From a virus (taxonomy: Duplodnaviria; Caudoviricetes): DNA of 64,000 nucleotides. Each line of letters begins with the position of its first letter. The first letter of the stretch is position 1. The notes beneath the pieces are model-generated. The model searched no databases and was not told the origin of the DNA. It worked only from the letters and a program-made list of their open reading frames with translations. The stretch lies in IMG/VR virus record IMGVR_UViG_3300046717_000225, positions 15,320 through 79,319 of that record. One strand, written 5' to 3'. Positions 34,222-42,584 of this stretch are shown here, one piece after another. The position numbers were made by a program, and so were the translations under genes.

Positions 34222-37200
34222 GACCTTTCACCGCCGGGGCAACCATGTGCAGAAGGCGCACGGCCGCCGGACCGCCCTGGCCGCTCAGGACAGTCACCTG
34301 TCCGGCGGAATGATCGCCCTCATGCCCACGGCGCAGGACGCCCGGCGCCTCGCGCTCCCGGGCGGGGAGGCCCCGGAGGAGCTGCACTGCACGCTGCTCT
34401 ACCTGGGGGAAGACGGGTCGGTCTTCTCGTCCGACGACCGGGACCGCATGGAGTCCGCCGTCCAGGCGTACACGCAGGGGCTCGGTCCGGTCCAGTCCAA
34501 GATATTCGGCGTCGCTCACTGGAACGGGGACGGCGAGAAGCCGAGCTGGGTGTGGTCCGTGGGGGACGGTCCGGACGCGGAAGGACTCGGTCTCGCCAAG
34601 GCGCACGCCATGGCCTACGCAGCGGCGGAGGACGTTGCCGGGGACCTGATCCCCGAACAGCACAGCCCCTGGGTCGCGCACGTCTGTGCCGCGTACACGG
34701 ACGACCTCACCCTCGTCCGACGCCTGGAGAAGGGCCTCGGCCCGGTCACCTTCGACCGCATCCGGCTCAGCTTCGGGGACGACGACCGGGACATCCCGCT
34801 CAAGGGTGAGGCGCTCACGGCCAGTGCACTGCGCCGGGACCTGCTCCCCCACGAGGACGGAACCGACTTCGCCGAGCACAACGCTCAGTGGGAGAACGCG
34901 GTCGCCTCGGCGGACGGGCGCCTGCTCCAGGTCTTCTCGTCCTGGCGGGCGGGGATACGGGACCAGATCAAGGCGGGCATCGACACCCCGGACGAACTGA
35001 CCGGGCTCACGGCCGACCCGGACGCGGCGGCCGAGATTCTGTCCGAGGCCATGGTCGACCTAGCGCACCGGGCGGGCCAGTCCCTGGTCCGACAGGCCGA
35101 GCGGCAGGGCGTCACCGTGCCGGACTGGAGCCTGCCGGACGACACGGTTACGGCGGCCGTCGGCGGCAGGAAGCTGCTCCGCTCCGTCGCGCAGATGACG
35201 GCCGACCTGCTGTCCACGTCCGTCGTTCAGACGGCGAAGCGCACGGTCACCGGCCTGTTCGCCCGGGACGCCTCGCCGGAGACGATCGCCTCCGAGGTGG
35301 ACCGGGCCCTGGCCGACGCACAGGACGGTCTGCTCAAGGGTCCGGTCGGCACGGCCATGAGCACCGCCCAGACCGCCGGCCGGGAGGCCGTACTGCGCGC
35401 GGCTCCGCCGGGCGAGTACTACGCGAGCGAGATGCTCGACAAGAACACGTGCGGCCCGTGCCGTTCCGTGGACGGAGAGCAGTTCGGTTCTCTGGAGATC
35501 GCCATCAAGGCGTACCCGGTCATGGGCTACAAGGACTGTGTCGGCCCCCGGTACGGGCACTCGTGCCGGGGACTTATCGTGGCCCGCTGGGCTCCGGACG
35601 AGGCCCAGACCGCATCGGCGGCTACCATGCGCGCAGAAGATCAGCCCGAGGAGGAACCGGTGACGACTGAAGCCCTGCGCAAGGGCAAGCCCTCCAAGGG
35701 CACCAAGAAGGACAAGCGGCTGGACGAGAACCAGTACGCGGACGAGGGGCACTTCCAGGGGGATGCGGAGACGCTGAGCTGGAACGGGAGCGCAGCCCGG
35801 TTCACCGACCCCGAGTACCGCAAGGCCTGCGCAGGCTGCGACTCCGGCGGCACCGCCAAGGCCAGCTGCTTCCTGCCGCATCACGAGCCCGGAGGCGCCC
35901 TGAACAAGGACGGTGTCCACGCGGCGGCGCAGCGGGTGGATTCCCTGTCCGGACACAGCCCGGAGGCGGTCGCCCGCGCGAAGGCGCACCTGCGGGGCCA
36001 CTACAAGACCCTCGGGGAGAAGCCCCCGGACTCGATCGCGGCGACGGACGCGGAGATCGAGACCTTCGGTGTGGAGGACGGGTACGAGACCGTGGAGTTC
36101 GAGTCCACCTGTCCCCCCGGCACCCACCGGGTCAAGGGCGGCGACTGCGAGGCCTCCCAGAAGAAGAACCCGGGCCAGCTGGAGGAGGACGACATGGAGA
36201 CTCTCGCCAAGGGGGACTGCCCTCCCGGCATGGAGATGGACAAGACGACCGGCAAGTGCGCGGAGATGCAGCAGATGGCCGTCCAGGTCAGCGACACCAC
36301 AGCCCCCTGGCGTGGTCCGCTCACCGTGGAGGGCATCGAGACCGGCGACGGACGGCAGTTCGACACCGGGTCGCTCACCTGGGCCGATCTTCCGCTCCCG
36401 CTGCGCTGGAACATCGAGGACTCGCACGGTGGCGAGGCGAGGACCAAGGCCGTCAACGTCGGCCGGATCGACAAGATCTGGCGCGAGGACTCCGGCCTCA
36501 TCATGGGTGAGGGTGTGCTCGACCTCGGGGACGACAACGGCCAGGCAGCCCAGAAGAAGATCGAGGGAAAGTTCCTGCGGGGTGTGTCGGTCGACGTCGA
36601 CTCCGTCAAGGACGCGGACATGGAGCTGATCTGGCCGGACCACGACCCGGACGGCGGTGAGGAGGCGGACCCCTTCGCGCAGCTGTTCGCCGCTCCGGAG
36701 AAGGTCGTGTTCCACAAGGGACGCATCCGGGCGGCGACCCTGGTCGACATCCCGGCCTTCGCCGAGGCGTACATCGCGCTGCTCGACGGGGAGGGTGCGG
36801 TGACCGCCGGCGGGGAGCCGATCGGTGCGCTGCGCGCGAGCCAGGCACCCCGAACCCACCTGGCGCTCGCTCCGCCCGTACAGCCCCCGGCGGACTGGTT
36901 CCGCAACCCGGATCTGTCCGTGCCCACGGGTATCACCGTCTCGGCCGACGGCCGGGTGTACGGGCACGCTGCCCTGTGGGGCACCTGCCACATCGGTCAG
37001 GCCGGAGTCTGCGTCACTCCGCCCCAGGAGGACGACCACCCGTACTTCATGACCGGGTCGGTCCTGCTGGACGACGGGGAGCAGGCCTCGGTCGGACAGA
37101 TCACCCTCGGCACGGGGCACGCGCCGCTGGACTACGGCCACCGGCAGGCCAGCGACCACTACGACAACACGGGCTCCGCCGTGGCGGACGTCTCCGTCGG

Positions 37201-37528
37201 CAACGACGCGCACGGCATCTGGGTCGCCGGATCGGTCCGTCCGGGTACGGACCCGGCCCGTATCCACGAGCTGCGCGCGAGCGGACAGGTCTCGGGCGAC
37301 TGGCGCAGCATCGGGGGCAAGCTCCGCCTCGTCGGCCTGCTCGCCGTCAACGTGCCGGGCTTCCCCGTGCCGAAGCTGCGCACCAAGTACACCTCCGGCC
37401 GTCAGTGGGCCCTGGTCGCGGCGGGCATGCCCGATCTCCGTGAGAGCATGACGGAGGACGACCTGGATCAGTGGGCGTACCGCAGGGTCCTCGTCAAGCT
37501 GGCCGAGCGAGTGCACCGGAAGAGGTGA
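34214..37528 (+). CDS. 2H-phosphoesterase + MuF-like + capsid maturation protease fusion
   Basis: LHCTLLYLG and PWVAHVC (2H motifs); DKNTCGPC...CRG (MuF); EGIETGDGR...GRIDKIW...SVD (protease); internal RBS+GTG at 35660. Confidence 0.7.
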   Translation: MPETFHRRGNHVQKAHGRRTALAAQDSHLSGGMIALMPTAQDARRLALPGGEAPEELHCTLLYLGEDGSVFSSDDRDRMESAVQAYTQGLGPVQSKIFGVAHWNGDGEKPSWVWSVGDGPDAEGLGLAKAHAMAYAAAEDVAGDLIPEQHSPWVAHVCAAYTDDLTLVRRLEKGLGPVTFDRIRLSFGDDDRDIPLKGEALTASALRRDLLPHEDGTDFAEHNAQWENAVASADGRLLQVFSSWRAGIRDQIKAGIDTPDELTGLTADPDAAAEILSEAMVDLAHRAGQSLVRQAERQGVTVPDWSLPDDTVTAAVGGRKLLRSVAQMTADLLSTSVVQTAKRTVTGLFARDASPETIASEVDRALADAQDGLLKGPVGTAMSTAQTAGREAVLRAAPPGEYYASEMLDKNTCGPCRSVDGEQFGSLEIAIKAYPVMGYKDCVGPRYGHSCRGLIVARWAPDEAQTASAATMRAEDQPEEEPVTTEALRKGKPSKGTKKDKRLDENQYADEGHFQGDAETLSWNGSAARFTDPEYRKACAGCDSGGTAKASCFLPHHEPGGALNKDGVHAAAQRVDSLSGHSPEAVARAKAHLRGHYKTLGEKPPDSIAATDAEIETFGVEDGYETVEFESTCPPGTHRVKGGDCEASQKKNPGQLEEDDMETLAKGDCPPGMEMDKTTGKCAEMQQMAVQVSDTTAPWRGPLTVEGIETGDGRQFDTGSLTWADLPLPLRWNIEDSHGGEARTKAVNVGRIDKIWREDSGLIMGEGVLDLGDDNGQAAQKKIEGKFLRGVSVDVDSVKDADMELIWPDHDPDGGEEADPFAQLFAAPEKVVFHKGRIRAATLVDIPAFAEAYIALLDGEGAVTAGGEPIGALRASQAPRTHLALAPPVQPPADWFRNPDLSVPTGITVSADGRVYGHAALWGTCHIGQAGVCVTPPQEDDHPYFMTGSVLLDDGEQASVGQITLGTGHAPLDYGHRQASDHYDNTGSAVADVSVGNDAHGIWVAGSVRPGTDPARIHELRASGQVSGDWRSIGGKLRLVGLLAVNVPGFPVPKLRTKYTSGRQWALVAAGMPDLRESMTEDDLDQWAYRRVLVKLAERVHRKR

Positions 37529-37533
37529 TCAGC

Positions 37534-37608
37534 ATGTGCGGGTGTAACCAACCTCCGCCCCCTCCGCCCCCGGCTCCGCCGGGCCCCGGAGGAGAGAACG
37601 GTTCCTGA
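37534..37608 (+). CDS. micro-ORF MCGCNQPPPPPPPAPPGPGGENGS
   Basis: GAGGTG RBS; 24 aa, between protease and capsid. Confidence 0.45.
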   Translation: MCGCNQPPPPPPPAPPGPGGENGS

Positions 37609-37623
37609 CCAGGGGATATAGAT

Positions 37624-37668
37624 GGACCGGTTAAAGGATTTCGATCTTTTGGCCGGTCCTCTTTTGTC
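37624..37668 (+). terminator. intrinsic terminator with UUCG tetraloop
   Basis: GGACCGGTTAAAGGAT-TTCG-ATCTTTTGGCCGGTCC followed by TCTTTTGT. Confidence 0.65.
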
Positions 37669-37718
37669 TGCTACGGTCCGCTCGACATGATCGCTCGGCT
37701 GGACCCACGGAGGTTACA

Positions 37719-39518
37719 GTGCCGGAGCCTGAGCTTTTCGCAGCACCAGCCGACCTCACCCTGGAGCAGGTCGAGCGCCTTCAGACCCTGGAGACGGAGG
37801 CGGTCGCCGAGTTCGACCGCGTCATGGGCCTGGAGCAGCACACCCCCGCAGACCTCACCTACACCGAGAACCTCGCCGGCGACCTGGACCGCATCCGGGC
37901 CGAACTGCGGGTCCGGGCGACCCGTGAGGCCGAAGCGGCCACCCTCGCGCAGCAGGAGCAGCAGCGTCAGCTCGCAGCCACCCGTGCCCGGGTCCACGGC
38001 CCCGAGGGCGGCAGCGGCACGGCAGCGGCGGCGGCCGACGTGCACACGGACCTCTCGGTCGAGTCCATCGCCCAGGCCACGGCCCAGGGTGTAGCCCTCG
38101 CCCTGTTCGGCGACGACAAGAACAAGCTGGCCCAGGCGCAGCAGCGTTTCGCGTCCCTCTCCGCCACGCAGCGCGTAGCCCCCACGCCCAAGGTCCCCGA
38201 GCGCACGCCGAACGCGGTCACCGCGTCCATCGACATCCCCGGCATCGCGCACGGCACCGACCTGCCCGACCTGCGCGCGCTGGGCGAGGCCTTCCAGCGC
38301 AAGGTGAAGGCCATCCCCACCACCCGGGACGGCAACGGTGCTCCGCGTCACCTCGTGGCGAGCGTGCGCAACACCTTCGACCACACGGTGGACGAGCGCA
38401 CCAACCCCGCCATCGTCGAAGAGCTCTGGCGCTCCATGCAGCAGGGCGGCGGAAGTGCGGAGGCCCTGGTGGCGGCGGGCGGATGGTGTGCCCCGTCACA
38501 GCTGATGTACGACTTCTTCAACATCGCCTCCGCCGCACCCCAGGCGATCGACCTCCCGACCGTGGGCATCAGCCGGGGTGGTATCCGCTTCCCGGTCAGT
38601 CCCGCCATCGGTGACGTGTTCTTCCAGGCGGGCGGCTCCAACCCGGCGTCCGGCTTCGGTGGCTTCGCCTTCAGCATGGCCAACACGACAGACCCGTGGC
38701 TGTGGTCCGAGACGGACGACCAGCTCACCGTCACCGGCTCGGTCAACAAGCCGATCCTCCGGGTGCCCTGCCCGACCTTCAGCGAGAACCGCCTGGAGTG
38801 CTACGGCATCTCTCTCACCGCAGGCAACCTGACGGACGACGCCTACCCCGAGAGCACGCAGAACTTCATCCGGCTGCTCCGGGCCGCCTACGCCCACGCC
38901 ATCAACGCCCGGCTCATCGGCCTGATGGTCACCGCGTCCGGCGGCGCGAACACCGTAACGGGCCCCGTGGGTGATGCGGCCGTACCGCAGATCATCAACT
39001 CGGTCGGCCTGGCCGCCACGGACTACCGCACCCGGTACGCCATGGGTGAGGACGACACGCTCGAAGTCGTCTTCCCCGACTGGGTCCAGGAGGTCATGCG
39101 GTCCGACCTCGGGTACAAGCCCGGCATCAACGACCTCGGCCTGTACAACGTGGCCGACGCGACGATCGCGGCCCTGTTCTCCTCTCGCAACGTCCGGGCG
39201 CAGTTCGTCTCGGACTGGCAGGTGCGCGGTACCCCGGGCGTGAGTGCGTTCGGTACCTCCACCGTGATGACCACCTGGCCCACGGCGGTCAACTTTATGC
39301 TCTACGCGGCGGGCACGTTCCTCCACGGCACGGGCCTCCAGCTGGACCTCGGAGTGATCCGCGACTCGGTCATGAACGCGGAGAATGACTTCACTGCGCT
39401 GTGGGCCGAGGAATGCCACCTCATCGCGCAGGTCGGTCACGCCTCCCGCCTCTACACGGTCAACTTCAACGTCGGCGGCAATGTCGCCATCGGGAAGGTC
39501 GACACGGCCAAGGTCTAG
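37719..39518 (+). CDS. major capsid protein (HK97 fold) with N-terminal coiled-coil scaffold/delta domain
   Basis: Helical N-terminus; GGWCAPSQLMYD, DLPTVGISRGGIRFP, LDLGVIRDS motifs as in cluster-B-like actinophage capsids. Confidence 0.85.
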   Translation: MPEPELFAAPADLTLEQVERLQTLETEAVAEFDRVMGLEQHTPADLTYTENLAGDLDRIRAELRVRATREAEAATLAQQEQQRQLAATRARVHGPEGGSGTAAAAADVHTDLSVESIAQATAQGVALALFGDDKNKLAQAQQRFASLSATQRVAPTPKVPERTPNAVTASIDIPGIAHGTDLPDLRALGEAFQRKVKAIPTTRDGNGAPRHLVASVRNTFDHTVDERTNPAIVEELWRSMQQGGGSAEALVAAGGWCAPSQLMYDFFNIASAAPQAIDLPTVGISRGGIRFPVSPAIGDVFFQAGGSNPASGFGGFAFSMANTTDPWLWSETDDQLTVTGSVNKPILRVPCPTFSENRLECYGISLTAGNLTDDAYPESTQNFIRLLRAAYAHAINARLIGLMVTASGGANTVTGPVGDAAVPQIINSVGLAATDYRTRYAMGEDDTLEVVFPDWVQEVMRSDLGYKPGINDLGLYNVADATIAALFSSRNVRAQFVSDWQVRGTPGVSAFGTSTVMTTWPTAVNFMLYAAGTFLHGTGLQLDLGVIRDSVMNAENDFTALWAEECHLIAQVGHASRLYTVNFNVGGNVAIGKVDTAKV

Positions 39519-39563
39519 TCCTCCTCCCCGCCGCATCCCACAGGACCGAAAGGAGGGTGAGCC

Positions 39564-40484
39564 GTGGCAGGCTTCAGGCAGATCATCTCGGGGCCCGGGT
39601 TCACCCCGCTCCCGAACTTCCTGTGGGACGCGGCACAGCACCCGTCCGAGACGGAGACCGGGCCGCACTGGCAGCAGGGCGTCACCTGGATCGAGCGCTG
39701 CGGCGGCGGCGGCACCCTGTACGACGAGTGCCTCGCCGTCACCGGCACGGGCGGCACCCCCGCCGCACAGGGCAGCCTGGCCAGCAACGTGAGTCAGACC
39801 AACCGGGGCGCGACGGCCTTCACCGTGCAGGCGGAGTTCGACTGCTCCCCGGTGGGCCAGGACTACACGCAGGACAAGGCCGAAGAAGCCCTGTCCAAGA
39901 TGGAGTCCTACCTGGTCACCCGGGCGTTCTGGACCGGGACGGCCGGGTACACCGGCACCCCGCCCGGCACCAGCCAGACCACCGTCTGGCCCCATCTGGC
40001 CTCCGCCACCACCCTCGACGACCCGCAGGGCATCAGGCTCCAGACGGCAGCCAGCCCCCTGGTCACCGGAGGCGAGGACGTAGACGTCGCCCTCGGACAG
40101 ATCGAGGCCAACCTGGCTGCCTGCTACGGCGGACAGGGCGTCATCCACATCCCGTACTCGGCCCTGCCGACCTTCACGAGCAGGATGCTCGTCCTCCCCG
40201 AGACGCCGAACGGTCCCCTGCGCACGCTCGCGGGGAACCTCGTGGTGCCGGGGGTGGGGTACACCGGCTCGTCCCCGGCTGGGGCGGCACCTGCCGCAGG
40301 CACGGCTTGGATCTACGCCACCGGGGCCGTGTTCGGCTTCCGGAGCGGTGTCTACGTCCGGGAGTTCCCGGGCACCTTCGACCGTGCGGAGAACACGGTC
40401 AGAATGATCGCCTCCCGCACCTATCTGTTCGGGTTCGAGTGCTGCCACTACGGAGCCCTCGCCGTACTCGGCGTTCCCACGTAA
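39564..40484 (+). CDS. second capsid-associated protein (possible pentamer/minor capsid)
   Basis: 306 aa directly after MCP; HWQQGVTW, AERT-like ASRTY motif near C-terminus. Confidence 0.5.
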   Translation: MAGFRQIISGPGFTPLPNFLWDAAQHPSETETGPHWQQGVTWIERCGGGGTLYDECLAVTGTGGTPAAQGSLASNVSQTNRGATAFTVQAEFDCSPVGQDYTQDKAEEALSKMESYLVTRAFWTGTAGYTGTPPGTSQTTVWPHLASATTLDDPQGIRLQTAASPLVTGGEDVDVALGQIEANLAACYGGQGVIHIPYSALPTFTSRMLVLPETPNGPLRTLAGNLVVPGVGYTGSSPAGAAPAAGTAWIYATGAVFGFRSGVYVREFPGTFDRAENTVRMIASRTYLFGFECCHYGALAVLGVPT

Positions 40485-40494
40485 GGGGTGAACA

Positions 40495-41193
40495 GTGGTT
40501 TCGACAGTCTCCCAGTGCGCTACCCCGATCAAGGGAACGCACATCAGGATCGTCCGGGTGGACGCCTGTGGTATTCCCGTGACCGGCGCCACGTCCCTGG
40601 TCGTCGTGACCAAGGGCTTCGTGCAGGTGAACAACGAGCCCCAGTACGAGGACGGCCAGGAGTTCTTCGAGCGCACGGCGGACGGCACCGTCTGCGTGAA
40701 CCAGAAGGACGACCCAATCCTCAAGCGGTTCCTGTGCACGATCGACTTCTGCGAGGTCAACACGACCGCGTTCGCCTTCATGGCGAGCGCGCGCGAATTG
40801 ACCGCCAACGCAGCCGGCGTGACGGGCTTCGGCTTCGCCTTCGCCGAAGGGGCGCCGTCCAACCGGTACTCCCTGGAGGTCTGGCAGAAGGTGGCGGGCT
40901 CCGGCGCCTGTGACCCCACCGGGGCGCAGCGCTACATCTACAACGCGTTCCCCAACCTCGGAGCGACGAAGATCGGCGCGTACTCGATCCAGAACGGCCG
41001 GTCCACCTTCCAGATCATCAGTGAGTCGCAGCCCGGGAGTACGACGGCCGTCACCGGCTGGCTCAACGGCCCCGGCACCGGGACCAGCTGGCTGCCCGCG
41101 AGTGAGACACTCGGCACCGGGGAGCACTGGCTCTGGAACGTCACCACTACGGCGCCTCCGTCCCCCGCCTGCAACCCGACAACTCTCACGTAG
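40495..41193 (+). CDS. major tail protein
   Basis: RIVRVDACG, YEDGQEFFERTADGTVCVN, IDFCEVN; position. Confidence 0.7.
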   Translation: MVSTVSQCATPIKGTHIRIVRVDACGIPVTGATSLVVVTKGFVQVNNEPQYEDGQEFFERTADGTVCVNQKDDPILKRFLCTIDFCEVNTTAFAFMASARELTANAAGVTGFGFAFAEGAPSNRYSLEVWQKVAGSGACDPTGAQRYIYNAFPNLGATKIGAYSIQNGRSTFQIISESQPGSTTAVTGWLNGPGTGTSWLPASETLGTGEHWLWNVTTTAPPSPACNPTTLT

Positions 41194-41514
41194 GTGGTCA
41201 TGGCCGTCCTTCTCCCGCCCACCGTGTGGGTCTGCGCCAACGGGTGTCCTGTCCGGGACCGGACGCCCGGCGCGGTACCCAACCGCTTCCATTCCTGCCC
41301 GGCGCTCGGGGGCCTCACCGCGCCCCTGGTGGCGGAGGGCAGCCGGGTGAGGGTGCGCGCCGTGGAGCGGGAGGACTACGAGGGCGGCCAGCTCGTCCAG
41401 AAGGACGCGAACGGACGGCCCGTGCAGTCCGTCATCACCGACCGGCCGGACGGATCGAACGACATCGTCGTCCTGGCACCGACTGCGGTCTGGTCCGCTG
41501 AAGGGATGATGTGA
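41194..41514 (+). CDS. hypothetical virion-region protein
   Basis: WVCANGC...FHSCPALGGLTAPLV. Confidence 0.6.
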   Translation: MVMAVLLPPTVWVCANGCPVRDRTPGAVPNRFHSCPALGGLTAPLVAEGSRVRVRAVEREDYEGGQLVQKDANGRPVQSVITDRPDGSNDIVVLAPTAVWSAEGMM

Positions 41515-41515
41515 C

Positions 41516-42010
41516 ATGGCCTGGGCCGACAGCAGGGTCTTCCAGGAGTGGGTCAAGAACCCGCTCTTCAATGGATCGGGCGGTACGCCCCCCACGGGCT
41601 ACACCGGCTACCTGACCGACACGATGAACTGCGCCCTGTTCGTGTTCACCGGCCTCACCCCGGACCGGAATGCAATTCTGTCCGCCACCGGCTACAACAC
41701 GGGCGTCTGGACCACGGGCAACGAAAAGACCGGTTCATCCGAATGGGTCGCGGGCGGCCGAGCACTCGCAATCAAGACCAACGTGGCAAGTGCGGGCACG
41801 ATCACTCTCGATGCCCAGGACCTTACGGGCGTGGCCTCCATCACCATGGCGGACGTCGGCGGCTGCATGATCTACGACAACACGATCACAGCGGGCACCG
41901 TGGCCAAACAGGGCATGTGCTACTTGTACTTCGGCGGAACCCAGTCGGTCACGGCGGGCACCTTCACGGTCAGCTTCTCCGCCTCTGGCATAGTCACAGC
42001 GACGGTCTAG
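41516..42010 (+). CDS. virion structural protein
   Basis: Beta-rich; AGTFTVSFSASGI C-terminus. Confidence 0.55.
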   Translation: MAWADSRVFQEWVKNPLFNGSGGTPPTGYTGYLTDTMNCALFVFTGLTPDRNAILSATGYNTGVWTTGNEKTGSSEWVAGGRALAIKTNVASAGTITLDAQDLTGVASITMADVGGCMIYDNTITAGTVAKQGMCYLYFGGTQSVTAGTFTVSFSASGIVTATV

Positions 42011-42022
42011 GAGGCCTGAGTC

Positions 42023-42556
42023 ATGGCACGCACTCTCTATGTGGCGCCGGTTCCGCCGCTGAACGTCACGGCTGGCACGGCCTACAACACCTCGGTCACG
42101 CTGACCGATGTCTCCCCGGCGCCTCAGATCGTGCTGCCCGCGAACCTGCTCGATGTAGGTCAAGTGCTCCGGTTGATGGCCTTCGGTGTGTTCTCCACCA
42201 CTGGCGCCCCGACGCTTCTGGAAGGCTTCTACTACGGCGGCGTGGCAGGTACGGCCCTAGCCGCGACCGGTGCGACTGCCACTGCCTCAGGCGTGACCAA
42301 CGTCCCGTGGCGGATCGAGTGGGAGGGCCGGGTGCGGTCCACTGGCACAGCGGGCACGATTATGGGCCACGGTTTCGAACTCCGAGGCACGACGGTGGCA
42401 GCGGTCGGGGTGGTCCCGATTCCGATCACGGCACTCGCGGCGGTCACCATCGACACCACCACGGCCAAGCAGCTCACCGTCGGTGCCCAGTGGGGTACCA
42501 GCTCCGCCTCGAACACCCTGACCTGCCACCACTTCAGCGTCGAACTGATCGGCTGA
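42023..42556 (+). CDS. virion structural protein (beta-sandwich)
   Basis: Thr/Gly/Val-rich 177 aa in tail operon. Confidence 0.55.
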   Translation: MARTLYVAPVPPLNVTAGTAYNTSVTLTDVSPAPQIVLPANLLDVGQVLRLMAFGVFSTTGAPTLLEGFYYGGVAGTALAATGATATASGVTNVPWRIEWEGRVRSTGTAGTIMGHGFELRGTTVAAVGVVPIPITALAAVTIDTTTAKQLTVGAQWGTSSASNTLTCHHFSVELIG

Positions 42557-42584
42557 TTCCGACCGACTCTGAGGGGGTGACCCC

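Noticed and set aside
37552-37582. CCTCCGCCC microsatellite as a phase-variable or regulatory repeat
   Set aside because: Explained as poly-proline codons of the micro-ORF
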